In this document: positions 37,106-46,430 of the stretch, piece by piece
How the letters are laid out: the number at the start of each line of letters is the position of its first letter
Position numbering within the stretch: the stretch's first letter is position 1
NCBI GenBank assembly: GCA_964478755.1
Contig: CAYZJP010000003.1
Location: 7,477-71,476, forward strand
Direction: 5' to 3'
From: an uncultured Klebsiella sp.
Lineage (GTDB): Bacteria; Verrucomicrobiota; Verrucomicrobiia; Limisphaerales; SXTU01
Length of the DNA: 64,000 nt
Position numbers and translations under genes: made by a program
Notes under the pieces: model-generated
Database searches by the model: none
Told to the model about the DNA's origin: nothing
What the model saw: only the letters and a program-made list of their open reading frames with translations

Positions 37106-38460
37106 TCATTTTTGCTTTTCTCCTCGGCAGCCTTTCAGCCAATGCCACAGATGTGAGCTACCAGCGCGACGTGTGGCCGATTTTTCGGCGGCACTGCGTC
37201 GGCTGTCACAGCGAACAGAAGGTCAAGGGCGGTTTGCGACTCGACGACGTGAGCGCGCTGCGGAAGGGCGGCAAGACCGGCCCGCTCTTCGTCGCGGGCA
37301 AGCCGGACAAGAGCTTGCTCATCAAACAAATCAGCGGCGAAAAACCCGAAATGCCTGACAACGAGCCGCCGCTCTCCGCCGCTAAGGTGAAGCTGCTGCG
37401 CGACTGGGTCGTGCAGGGCGCAAAGATTGATGCCGCGCCAAAGCCCGGCGGTCCGCCGGTGGTCATCCCCGCGATTTACGCCACCGCGCCCGCCGTGACG
37501 AGCGTGACCATCAGCCCGGATGGCAAGCTCGCCACCGCGGCGTGCCGCAGCGAGGTCGTGCTGTTCAATGTGGACGATGACAGCGCGCCGCGCCGTTTGC
37601 CGACGGACTTCGATCTCGTCACGCACGTTGAGTTCAGCCCGGATGGGAAGCGATTGGCCGTCGCGGGCGGTTCGCCGCAGCAGTTTGGTGGAGTGATTTT
37701 CTTCGATGCGGAAGGACGCCGCCAGTCCTCGCGGCGCATTGGCAACGACACGTTGTTCAAGGGCAACTTCGCGCCCGATGGCCAGGCCATCGCGCTCGGC
37801 ACGGCCACGGGCGCGGTGGTCATCGTGCCTGTGGACACGAACGCAGCGCCGAAGTCCATCGAGTTGCACAGCGACTGGGTGATGGCCGTGGCTTACACCA
37901 TGGACGGCAAACAGCTCGTCAGTGGCAGCCGCGACAAGACGACGAAGTTGAGCAGCGTCGAGAGCCTGAAGCTGCTGCGCTCGGTGGATCAGTCCACTGA
38001 CATCATCAACGCCGTCGCCGCTGATGGGACAAACGCCATCTCTGCCGGCAACGCGCGCACAGTGACTGGCTTCGATCTCAAGCTCGCGCTCACCGTTGTG
38101 GAAGTCACCGGCTCCGGCAACGGCGCGCAGCCCGTCAACAACCGCGATCAATACGTCCGCAACTTCGAGGCGCAGGCCGAGCCGGTGATGGCGCTCGCCA
38201 CGAGCGGCGACCGCAAGCTGCTCGCCGTCGCCACGCGCGGTGCCGAGGTGCGGATTTACCAGACCGACAATCGGCAGCGGAAAACTTCCATCACAAACGC
38301 GCCTGCGCCCGTTCTCGGCATCGCGCTCAGCCGTGATGGCACGCGCCTCATTCTTGGCAGCAAGAGCGGGCAGGTGCAGATTTACGACGTGGGTTCGGCC
38401 AAGCTTGTGAAGTCGCTCGTGCCGGTTCCCACACAACCGATCAGGGCTGCTTCAAGGTAG
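36970..38460 (+). CDS. planctomycete-type cytochrome c domain (PSCyt1) + WD40 beta-propeller protein
   Basis: WPIFRRHCVGCHSEQKVKGGLRLD (CxxCH), PEMPDNEPPLS, then WD40-like blades. The ATG at 36970 is in the repeat's left arm. GTG at 37084 (MFHPWLKIIFAFLLGSLSANA) is an alternative start that gives a normal signal peptide. Confidence 0.8.
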   Translation: MKHGLNTERIQAKRGDAFSHARIRFSGVPTSPFIRVSSVFHPWLKIIFAFLLGSLSANATDVSYQRDVWPIFRRHCVGCHSEQKVKGGLRLDDVSALRKGGKTGPLFVAGKPDKSLLIKQISGEKPEMPDNEPPLSAAKVKLLRDWVVQGAKIDAAPKPGGPPVVIPAIYATAPAVTSVTISPDGKLATAACRSEVVLFNVDDDSAPRRLPTDFDLVTHVEFSPDGKRLAVAGGSPQQFGGVIFFDAEGRRQSSRRIGNDTLFKGNFAPDGQAIALGTATGAVVIVPVDTNAAPKSIELHSDWVMAVAYTMDGKQLVSGSRDKTTKLSSVESLKLLRSVDQSTDIINAVAADGTNAISAGNARTVTGFDLKLALTVVEVTGSGNGAQPVNNRDQYVRNFEAQAEPVMALATSGDRKLLAVATRGAEVRIYQTDNRQRKTSITNAPAPVLGIALSRDGTRLILGSKSGQVQIYDVGSAKLVKSLVPVPTQPIRAASR

Positions 38461-38588
38461 TCAGCCGCTGCATCCGATCTGGCAGGCTGTGTTGTTGGAG
38501 TGAACAGTCTCCTCAAGCCTTGATACCGCGCGAATCCAGCGCGCAGACGCGATAAGATTGAGCCAGTCGCCGCTGCGCGGCCTGCGGG

Positions 38589-39695
38589 CTACGGTTGCAA
38601 GCGTCGGTGGCGTTCGGTTTTCGACAACTTCGCCAGCGTGCTCGCCTCACGATAGAATGCCTCCAAGTCGCCACCCTGCTCACGCAGCAGGCGATGGAAA
38701 GCCGGCACGAGCCGGTAGTAAGCATCCACGTCGTTCAGGTGCGCGTTGTTCAGCGGGCGGCGGAACCAGCGCTCGTAGTCCGTGCGTCCGCCCCAGACCG
38801 GCTTCAATGCCGCATAGTCGCGTTTGAGCTGGCCGAAGATGGCCTGTTTCTGTGCGCGCAGCTCGGCGACCCTGTCAGCGGGCAGGGATTTCATTTCACG
38901 CGTGGACTTTGCGCCGGTGCCCGATTCCAAAAAAAGCGCGGCCAGCCGGTCATGCGCGCTGGTGACGAGGCGGGTGAAGTCCGCTTTGCGCCGCAGATGC
39001 GCCTCATACTCGCCCACTCCGGCAACACCGCGCTTCGCCTGCAACCACCGCCGCGTCCCCTCCTCGCCGACGGCTTCGGCAAAGGCCTCGTTGAAATCTG
39101 TGTCTCCGCTGACGAACAGCCGCTGGTGCGCAAGCTCGTGAAAGAGCAACTCGGCCAGTTCGATCTCCGGCTCGTTGATGAACGTGTTCAGAGCAGGATC
39201 GCGGAACCAGCCGAGCGTCGAGTAGGCCTGCACGCCGCCCACGTCCACATCGAAGCCCTGCCGGGACAACTCGCTCGCCTGACTCCGGGCCTTGCGCTCC
39301 TCGAAGTAACCGCGATACGCCAGCCGGCCGACGACCGGATACCACCACTCCTTCGGCCGCATTGAGAACTCCGGCGTGGCGGTGACGTTCCAGACCACAT
39401 AGGGCCGCCCCAGATCGGCGTAGCGAAGGTAATGGCCGTTGACCGGCAGCTTCAACTCCCGTTCCGCGAACTCACGCATCGCCAGAATCAGCTGTAGTCT
39501 GGCCTTGAGCGGTTCGGGCGTCTGCGGCTGCTGGAGCAGCTTCGTGATGGGCTGTTGCCGGTTCACGATCTGGAAGTGCCCGTGCACTGCTTGCGCGTAG
39601 TAACCAGCGGTCTGGCAGCCAGTGAGCAACGCGGCGACGACCACGGGCGTCAACACCCGGCTGACGCTAGCAATGAGGAGACACACAGCTCGCAT
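38589..39695 (-). CDS. putative zinc aminopeptidase (DUF2265-type), lipoprotein
   Basis: LLTGCQTAGYY lipobox. AYRGYFEE, AYSTLGWFRDP, HExxH as LFHELAHQ. Confidence 0.75.
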   Translation of the reverse strand: MRAVCLLIASVSRVLTPVVVAALLTGCQTAGYYAQAVHGHFQIVNRQQPITKLLQQPQTPEPLKARLQLILAMREFAERELKLPVNGHYLRYADLGRPYVVWNVTATPEFSMRPKEWWYPVVGRLAYRGYFEERKARSQASELSRQGFDVDVGGVQAYSTLGWFRDPALNTFINEPEIELAELLFHELAHQRLFVSGDTDFNEAFAEAVGEEGTRRWLQAKRGVAGVGEYEAHLRRKADFTRLVTSAHDRLAALFLESGTGAKSTREMKSLPADRVAELRAQKQAIFGQLKRDYAALKPVWGGRTDYERWFRRPLNNAHLNDVDAYYRLVPAFHRLLREQGGDLEAFYREASTLAKLSKTERHRRLQP

Positions 39696-39707
39696 CGCCC
39701 GCGCAGT

Positions 39708-41228
39708 TCAGCGAACTGACTTCGCAGGGTCGTAACCCTTCCGTGTCTCGATGGGCCGCACCGTGGGCGGGGGCGGCGTGACGCCGGCGGCGAGCATCAC
39801 GCGGTGCAGCGCGGCGATGGTCTCGGCGGAGGGTTTGAAATTTCCCGGCCGAAATCCCTCGGCGATGAGCAGCGGCGTCCAGCCGGATTTGTTTTTCTTG
39901 TTCCAAACCTCGATCTTCGCGCCCTTGTCGGCGAGGAGTTGCACGACCTTGGTGAGATTCTTGTAAGCCGCGCCGTGCATGGCGGTTTCGCCGTTCGCGT
40001 CCACCGCGTTCACATCCGCGCCGTGTTCGAGCAGCAGTTGCACCGCCTCGATGACTTCCGGCTCCGTGCCGGCAACTTCATCCGCCTCTGAACCGGCGAC
40101 GCCGATGCCGCACGCGACCATGAGCGGCGTGCAGTTGTCGCGATTTCCCAGAGACGGGTCGGCGCCGAGTTTGATCAACTCGCGCATGAACGGGGCGTCG
40201 GCGGTGAAGGCGGCCAGCAGGAAAGGCGTCGCGCCCACCCGGCTGAATGAGCCTGCGCCGCCCTTGCCGGTCTTGAGGCGCGCGTTCGCGTCCGCGCCGT
40301 GCTCCACGAGTTTTTTTACGAACTGGAGGCTCGTCAGGTTGCCGGAACCAATCGGCGGCGGGATGCCGTCGTCGCCGTCGCCGCGCGGCGGTTTGCGGAC
40401 CCACGAGAGCACGTGCAGCGCGGTGAAGCCCGAACGCTGGTCGTTCGCATCGGCGCCGGCATCGAGCAACGCCACGGCGAGATCGAAGTGGCCGTTCTCG
40501 ACCGCCAGCACCAGCGGGCTTGTGCCCGTCCTCGGCGCTTTGCCGCCCGGCTTGCGCGGTTGCAACGTGTCGTTCACGTCCGCGCCCGCCTTGAGCAGGG
40601 CGCGCACAACCTCGGTGCGGCCTTCGCGCACGGCGAAGAACAGCGCGGTGAAACTGGAATCCGGCAGCGCGACGCGGAAATCCGCGCCGGCCTTGAGCAG
40701 CAACTCGACGACGACGGCGTGGCCCTCCGCTGCCGCCCACATGAGCGCGGTTTGTCCGCGGTGCTCCTTCGCGTTTACGTCCGCGCCGCGGTTGAGCAGC
40801 GCGGTGACGGGGCCGGGCTTGCCGGTGCGCGCGGCGGTCATCAACACGGTCTCGCCGCCGCGCAGCGTCGTGTTCGCGTCCGCGCCGGCGGCGAGGAGCA
40901 TTTCAACGAGGTCCGTGTTGCCATTCACGCACGCGAGCGAGAGCGGGGAGATGCCGTAGCGATTCGTGGCCTTCGCATCCGCGCCGGCGGCGAGCAGCGC
41001 CTTCGCGGTCGCGAGATGGTCATGGTGCGCGGCCCAGTGCAGCGCGGTCATGCCGTCCGCCTGCGTGGATTGCACAGGAGCCTTTGCCTTGAGCAATTGT
41101 TGAACGCGCAGCCAGTCGGCCTTCTCGGCGGCGTTGGCGAGAGGGGATGGAGCGGCGAAAACCATAGGCGCAATTAGGAAGAACCCAATCGCAGCGCAAG
41201 CAACATGCAACGCACGCCACCGTGTCAC
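39708..41228 (-). CDS. secreted ankyrin-repeat protein
   Basis: At least ten ANK units (G.TALHWAA..GH...V..LL..GADVN). GTG at 41228 gives the signal peptide MTRWRALHVACAAIGFFLIAPMVFAAP. The upstream 104 codons of the track ORF are translated REP sequence. Confidence 0.85.
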   Translation of the reverse strand: MTRWRALHVACAAIGFFLIAPMVFAAPSPLANAAEKADWLRVQQLLKAKAPVQSTQADGMTALHWAAHHDHLATAKALLAAGADAKATNRYGISPLSLACVNGNTDLVEMLLAAGADANTTLRGGETVLMTAARTGKPGPVTALLNRGADVNAKEHRGQTALMWAAAEGHAVVVELLLKAGADFRVALPDSSFTALFFAVREGRTEVVRALLKAGADVNDTLQPRKPGGKAPRTGTSPLVLAVENGHFDLAVALLDAGADANDQRSGFTALHVLSWVRKPPRGDGDDGIPPPIGSGNLTSLQFVKKLVEHGADANARLKTGKGGAGSFSRVGATPFLLAAFTADAPFMRELIKLGADPSLGNRDNCTPLMVACGIGVAGSEADEVAGTEPEVIEAVQLLLEHGADVNAVDANGETAMHGAAYKNLTKVVQLLADKGAKIEVWNKKNKSGWTPLLIAEGFRPGNFKPSAETIAALHRVMLAAGVTPPPPTVRPIETRKGYDPAKSVR

Positions 41229-41239
41229 CAATCTCCGAC

Positions 41240-41425
41240 GCCCCGCAGGGGCTGCAACAAACCAGCCCAGGGCAACGCCCTGGGTTATGGTCGTCCAAAA
41301 TCCACCAAGCCCTGAAAGGGCGGCACAAACGGCGTGGTTGTTTCGCCCTTTCAGGGCTTGGGAACATTTTTGAAACCACGTTCCTGGGGCGTTGCCCCAG
41401 GCTGGTTTGTCATGCGCCTTTGGCG
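41240..41425. repeat. family C REP doublet (inverted pair, centre near 41330)
   Basis: aaaccagcccagggcaacgccctggg...aagccctgaaagggcggcacaaac | gttgtttcgccctttcagggctt...ccaggggcgttgccccaggctggttt read as reverse complements. Confidence 0.85.
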
Positions 41426-41502
41426 CGGTTTGCGACGGCGCGCATCTCCGATACCACGGCCGGTCGTTGTCCTGCCACGCTTCACTTCGAATCACTTGGT
41501 TC

Positions 41503-41955
41503 TCAATCCCACACATAACGTTCATCGAATTCGATTTCATGCCGCTTGAACAACGCGCGCAACTCGTCTTGAAACGTCACCTTGCGATGGTGTGGCTCCT
41601 GGTTTGCAATGTAACGGCTCACGGCTTCCGAGTTGGACTGGCTTACGGAGAACGCGGCGTAGCCCGCCTGCCAGCAGAACGCGGAATTGCGCGGTCCATC
41701 CGACTTCATCCACTTGGAGCTGCCCTTCTTCACTTCCTCGACAACCTTTTTCAAAGCGTGGTTCTTCGACAACGAGATCAGGGCATGCACATGGTCCTCC
41801 ACGCCACCGATTATCAGCGCCGGACTTTCCCACTCCTTGAAAATGCCCGCCTGATAGGCGAACAGCGCTGCGCGATGTTCTTTGGGAATCCAAGCCTGCC
41901 GGTGTTTCGTGCTGTAAACGAGATGCACCAGGTTCTTGACGAGTGATTGGGACAT
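41503..41955 (-). CDS. IS200/IS605-family Y1 (HUH) transposase, REP-associated (RAYT-like)
   Basis: 150 aa. HUH motif in GVEDHVHALIS. WQAGYAAFSVSQS. Catalytic-Tyr helix VSRYIANQEPHH. Confidence 0.8.
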   Translation of the reverse strand: MSQSLVKNLVHLVYSTKHRQAWIPKEHRAALFAYQAGIFKEWESPALIIGGVEDHVHALISLSKNHALKKVVEEVKKGSSKWMKSDGPRNSAFCWQAGYAAFSVSQSNSEAVSRYIANQEPHHRKVTFQDELRALFKRHEIEFDERYVWD

Positions 41956-41967
41956 GCACGGTGCGCG

Positions 41968-42268
41968 TCGGCTTGTTTCGCCCTTTCAGGGCTCGTTGCA
42001 ATTCTGATCCGTTGACCCAGGGCGATGCCCTGGGCTGGTTTGTCTCTGCCCCTTCGGGGCGCAGCAGCGGCGACAGTTCAGGACATCGCTCACTATTAGC
42101 TCACTGGCGAAACGGCCCTTCGACAATCCAAAGCGGGACATCGACACTCTTGTAGGTGTTCGAACGAACGGGATTTCTGGCCCGAAGGGCCTCAACAGAC
42201 CAGCCCAGGGCAACGCCCTGGGAGAGATCCGCCACACAGTTGGCCAGCCCTGAAAGGGCGGAACATTT
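41968..42268. repeat. family C REP units (inverted pair separated by ~100 nt)
   Basis: 41968-42066 gcttgtttcgccctttcagggc...cccagggcgatgccctgggctggtttgtctctgccccttcggggc. 42170-42268 ggcccgaagggcc...accagcccagggcaacgccctggg...gccagccctgaaagggcggaac. Confidence 0.8.
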
Positions 42269-42303
42269 GCCATCTCAGAGACGGAGTTCATGACGAACCT
42301 CGT

Positions 42304-43653
42304 TCAAATCGCCAGCGGCTCGAACAACTCGTCCACCTTGCCGTTGCTGTCGCCGAACTTGTCGAGGCGCACGCCGACCTTGTCGAGCAGCGTCAGATGC
42401 AGGTTCGCCAGCGGCGTGGGTTTGTCGTAACGGATGTGGCGGCCGCCCTTCATCCCGCCTGCCGCGCCGCCCGCGACGAGGACGGGCAGGTTCGAGTGGT
42501 CATGCACGTTGGGGTTGCCGATGCCGCTGCCGTAAAGATAGAGCGAGTGGTCGAGCAGCGTGCCGTTGCCTTCCTTCGTGCCCGCGAGCTTGCCGAGGAA
42601 CTCCGCGAAGAGCGACACGTGGAAGGAATTTATCTTCGCCATGCGCGCGATTTTGTCCGGGTCGTTGCCGTGGTGCGAAAGCGGGTGGTGCGGGTCGGGC
42701 ACGCCAATCTCGGGGTAAGTGCGGTTGCTCGTTTCGCGCGCTAGTTGGAAAGTGATGACGCGCGTCACGTCGCCCTGCAACGCGAGCAACTGCAAATCGA
42801 ACATCAGTCGCGCGTGGTCCGCGTAGCTCGCGGGCACGCCTGCGGGGCGGTCGAGGTCCGGCAACGGGTTGTCTGCCACGCTCGTCTCGGCCTTCTGGAT
42901 GCGGCGCTCCACCTCACGGACGGTTTCGAGATAATGGCCCACCTTCGCGCGGTCAGCCGGGCCGAGCGTGCGTTCGAGGCGGGAGATGTCGTCCTTCACG
43001 AAGTCGAGCAGGCTCGCGCGTTTGCGCAACGCGGCCTTGCGGTCGGCCTTGCTGCCGCCTTCGCCGAAAAGCATCTCGAAGACGAGCCGCGGATGCGCCT
43101 CGGCGGGCAGCGGCGTGGTGGGCGACGACCACGAGAGGTTGTTCTGATAAACGCACGCGTAGCCGTTGTCGCACTGGCCGACGAGCTGGAGCATGTCCAT
43201 CGCCATTTCGAGCGAGGGCAGTTGCGTCGCCTGGCCGATTTGCTTCGCGGCGACCTGGTCCACGGTTGTGCCGAGATAATAGTCGGTGCTCTCGGTCAGC
43301 TTGGCCTTGGCCGCGCTGAGGAAGGCGGAGTTGGACGTCGCGTGGCTGCCGGGATAGGCGTTTTGCAATTCAAGGTTCGTGACGACGCTCACGTGCTGCT
43401 TCACCGGCGCGAGCGAACTGAGGATCGGCGAAAGCTCGTCGAGCCGGCCCGCGCCTGGCGGCGTCCAGCGCGGCAGGTCCGCGCCCATCGGCATGAAGAC
43501 AAAGCCGAGCCGGCGGATAGGCGTGGCGGCGGTCGCGGCGGCGGCGGTCGCGGCGGGAACCATCGCGTCCAGCAGCGGCAGCGCGAGCGTCGCGCCCATG
43601 CCGCGCAGGAACGTGCGCCGCGGCAGGGCCATGCGTGTGGTGAAGGTGCTCAT
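42304..43653 (-). CDS. DUF1552 domain protein (Tat signal)
   Basis: MALPRRTFLRGMGATLALPLLDAM. HPLSHHGNDP. LPVLVAGGAAGGMKGGRH. Its ATG overlaps the upstream gene's stop (ATGA). Confidence 0.85.
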   Translation of the reverse strand: MSTFTTRMALPRRTFLRGMGATLALPLLDAMVPAATAAAATAATPIRRLGFVFMPMGADLPRWTPPGAGRLDELSPILSSLAPVKQHVSVVTNLELQNAYPGSHATSNSAFLSAAKAKLTESTDYYLGTTVDQVAAKQIGQATQLPSLEMAMDMLQLVGQCDNGYACVYQNNLSWSSPTTPLPAEAHPRLVFEMLFGEGGSKADRKAALRKRASLLDFVKDDISRLERTLGPADRAKVGHYLETVREVERRIQKAETSVADNPLPDLDRPAGVPASYADHARLMFDLQLLALQGDVTRVITFQLARETSNRTYPEIGVPDPHHPLSHHGNDPDKIARMAKINSFHVSLFAEFLGKLAGTKEGNGTLLDHSLYLYGSGIGNPNVHDHSNLPVLVAGGAAGGMKGGRHIRYDKPTPLANLHLTLLDKVGVRLDKFGDSNGKVDELFEPLAI

Positions 43654-46004
43654 AGGCTTTTCCTCATCTTAAACGGTGTGCTGTTCACAATTCCAAGGAC
43701 AATTGCCGAGAACCGGAAGCCGTCCGCCTGCGCCGCGCGCACGATGGCGCGCACGGCGGGCGCGTCGAACGGCTCGACGCCGCGACCGAGCGCGAACGTG
43801 AGCAGCTTTTCCGTCATCGTGCCGGCGAAAATTTCCGGGCGTGCGAGCAGGCCGGCTTCGAGGCCGGCGACGCCGGTGAACTTGCTCCCGTCGGGCAGGC
43901 CGCCGCTCGCGTCCACGGGCTTGCCTTCCTCCATCGTTCGCCAGCGGCCGAGCGCGTCGAAGTTTTCAAGCGCGAAGCCGACGGGGTCCATAAAATCGTG
44001 GCAGCCCGCACAGGCGGCGTTCGCACGATGCTTCGCGAGCCGCTCGCGCACCGGGAGCGACGCGGAGACTGTGTTGTCGTCCAGCGCGGGCACGTCCGGC
44101 AACGGCGGCGGCGGCGGCGTGCCGACGAGGTTTTCCAGAATCCACTTGCCGCGAATCACCGGCGACGTGCGCGTGGCGTAGGACGTGACCGTGAGGATGC
44201 TCCCGTGCCGCAGCAGTCCGCCGCGATGACTCTCCGGCTCCAGCGCGACGCGGCGGAAGCGCGTCCCCTGCACGCCCGCGATGCCGTAGTGCCGCGCGAG
44301 CCGCTCGTTCAGATAGGTGTGGTCCGCGCGCAGCAGGTCGAGCACGCTGCGGTCCTCGCGCAGCATTTCCTCGAAGAGCAGCTCCGTCTCGCGGCGCAGC
44401 GACTGGCGCAGGTTGTCGTCGAAGTCGGGAAAGAGCCGCGCGTCCGGCGTGATGGAGTCGAGGTTGCGCAAGTAAAGCCACTGCCCGGCGAAGTTGCGCA
44501 CGAGCGATTCCGCGCGCGGGTCGCCGAGCATGCGGCGCGTCTGCTTCGCGAGCACGGCGGGCTTGCTCAACTCGCCGCGACCCGCCACTGCGAGCAACTC
44601 GTCATCAGGAATGCTGCTCCACAGGAAGAACGACAGTCGCGAGGCCAGTTCCAAATCGCTCACGCGATATGCCGTCTTCGCCGCGAGACCCTTCGGCTCC
44701 TGCTCGACGCGGAACAGAAACTCGCGGCTCACGAGCACGGCGCTCAACGCCGCCTCGATGCCCGCATCGAAGTCCGCCTCTTTTCGCGCATCGCGGTAGA
44801 ACTCCAGCGGACGCTTCAAGTCTTCGTCGGTCACCGGCCGGCGATAGGCGCGGCGCATGAGCGTGGAGAGAATCTGCTTCGCGCAGGCGTCCTCCTCGCC
44901 CGGCGACCTGGGCTGCGCGATGAAGATGCGCCGCCGGCTCGGCGTGTCACCCGGCCCCTTCGCGCCGAACGGCCCGGTGATCGAGACCTGGTAGATGGCG
45001 GGCGAACTGCGCGGATGCCGGTGCAGGTTGAACTGCGAAACCAACGGCTGGCGCGCAGTCTCGCGCAGCGGCGAGGAGTTCTTGAGGAACGTCACGCCGA
45101 GGTCGTGCGGCCCGGCCTTCACCGCGACGCGGAGCTTGAGGTGCGCGTCCGCGAGTTCGTGGCCCTTGCTCCCGGGCGGCTTCACCGTGAAGGACTGCAC
45201 CGGCTCGCGATCAAGAAGCACTTCCATCTCGTGCGGCTCGGTGAGGCCCTCGACGTGCTCGTTGCGGTCGCGCGTGAGGCGGATTTGCAAATCGTATTCG
45301 CCGTCCTGCGGAAACGTGTAGCGGACCAGCGCGCCGCCGCGCGTGCCGAGCGGCAGTCCGTCCACGCGGTCCTCCTGCGTGATGTCGGGCTTGATGCGGA
45401 TCGTGTCGCCGCCGGGAGCGCGCTGCGCGCCGCCGACCGCGAGCCGCGCGATCTTCTGCGCCGCCGTGATGTAGCGGTCGAGCAACGTCGGCGACAACTC
45501 GCCGACGGTGACATTATCGAACCCGTGGCTCGACTCGTCCGCGGGCAGCAGCGCCGTCGCATCAATCTCCAGCGCGAGCAAATCGCGGATGGCGTTCTGA
45601 TACTCCGTGCGATTGAGCCGGCGGATGGTGTCGGTGCGGCCGGGATTCGGGTGCGTGGCGGCCACGCGGTCCAAGGTCGTTTCGAGTGAGGAGAGAACCG
45701 CAGCGTAAATTTTCTCCTCCGGTCGCGGCTTGCCCGCCGGCGGCATCTGTCGTGCGCGCAACCGGCGAACGGCCTTCTCCCAAATCTCGGAGTGGCTGTT
45801 CACGCCGTCCGGGAGAATGGCCGCGAGATTCAATCCGCCCTTCGTCGTGTCGCCGCCGTGGCAGTCCACGCAATACTTCGCCACTGCGGCATGCACCGGC
45901 GCATCAGGCCCGGTCGTCTTCCGTTCAGCGCCGGCCAAGCCCAGAGCCAAAGTTGCAGCGAGCGTCCAGCCCAGCCGGTGGTTCATGACGGGAAGCGATA
46001 GCAC
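43650..46004 (-). CDS. DUF1587/DUF1592/DUF1595/DUF1588/DUF1585-type protein with cytochrome-c-like CxxCH motifs
   Basis: KYCVDCHGGDTTKGGLNL, MPPAGKPRP, SRLSFFLWSSIPDDELL, TSPVIRGKWILENLVGTPPPPP, ACAGCHDFMDPVGFALENFDALGRWR. Confidence 0.85.
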   Translation of the reverse strand: MLSLPVMNHRLGWTLAATLALGLAGAERKTTGPDAPVHAAVAKYCVDCHGGDTTKGGLNLAAILPDGVNSHSEIWEKAVRRLRARQMPPAGKPRPEEKIYAAVLSSLETTLDRVAATHPNPGRTDTIRRLNRTEYQNAIRDLLALEIDATALLPADESSHGFDNVTVGELSPTLLDRYITAAQKIARLAVGGAQRAPGGDTIRIKPDITQEDRVDGLPLGTRGGALVRYTFPQDGEYDLQIRLTRDRNEHVEGLTEPHEMEVLLDREPVQSFTVKPPGSKGHELADAHLKLRVAVKAGPHDLGVTFLKNSSPLRETARQPLVSQFNLHRHPRSSPAIYQVSITGPFGAKGPGDTPSRRRIFIAQPRSPGEEDACAKQILSTLMRRAYRRPVTDEDLKRPLEFYRDARKEADFDAGIEAALSAVLVSREFLFRVEQEPKGLAAKTAYRVSDLELASRLSFFLWSSIPDDELLAVAGRGELSKPAVLAKQTRRMLGDPRAESLVRNFAGQWLYLRNLDSITPDARLFPDFDDNLRQSLRRETELLFEEMLREDRSVLDLLRADHTYLNERLARHYGIAGVQGTRFRRVALEPESHRGGLLRHGSILTVTSYATRTSPVIRGKWILENLVGTPPPPPLPDVPALDDNTVSASLPVRERLAKHRANAACAGCHDFMDPVGFALENFDALGRWRTMEEGKPVDASGGLPDGSKFTGVAGLEAGLLARPEIFAGTMTEKLLTFALGRGVEPFDAPAVRAIVRAAQADGFRFSAIVLGIVNSTPFKMRKSL

Positions 46005-46430
46005 CGGCCCGGCTGGTAATCAACCTGACCTCGCTGATGCAGGCGAACAACGACCGTGCGGTGCGAGGCAGTTCCTGGGATAGCTACTCAAGCTTCGCGC
46101 TGCTGTCGTCCGGCCGCCATCCCTGCTCACCGGGCTTTCGCTCCGGCGGCTGCGGCTTTCGGTGTGTGGTGGAGTGAGCGCCTTCCATCGCGCCGGCTGC
46201 GAAGATCAGAGTCATTACCGGCGGCAAGTTACCACCATCGCGCAAGCTCTCCGCCAGCCTCGTGCCGCCGAAGTTCGCGCCCGACGCTTCCCAGGCAGGC
46301 GCAGAGAGCCTGTTGAACACTTCGCGCGCTTTATTGGGTTGGACGTTGGACGACGAATCAGAGCTTGAAACACAGGCGATCCCCGGCTTCATTCGTGAGT
46401 CCATTTTACTGACATGAACCGACGCATCGC

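Larger units (their letters stand above)
41240..42268. mobile_element. RAYT-type unit: IS200-like Y1 transposase gene flanked on both sides by inverted REP doublets (REPIN-like)
   Basis: See the component features. There are four copies of a ~95-nt composite REP unit, two on each side, arranged as inverted pairs. Confidence 0.75.

Noticed and set aside
41229-41540. N-terminal 104 codons of the track's ankyrin ORF (MKSNSMNV...QALKGRNN...TQGVALGWFVAAPAG).
   Set aside because: This stretch is the translation of REP units and overlaps the RAYT gene's 3' end. A GTG at 41228 followed by a signal peptide is a better start.
42745-45689. Plus-strand ORFs at 42745-44181 (478 aa) and 43998-45689 (563 aa).
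   Set aside because: Antisense to the DUF1552 and DUF1592-type genes. Their composition is Arg/Ala/Glu/His-rich with no motifs.
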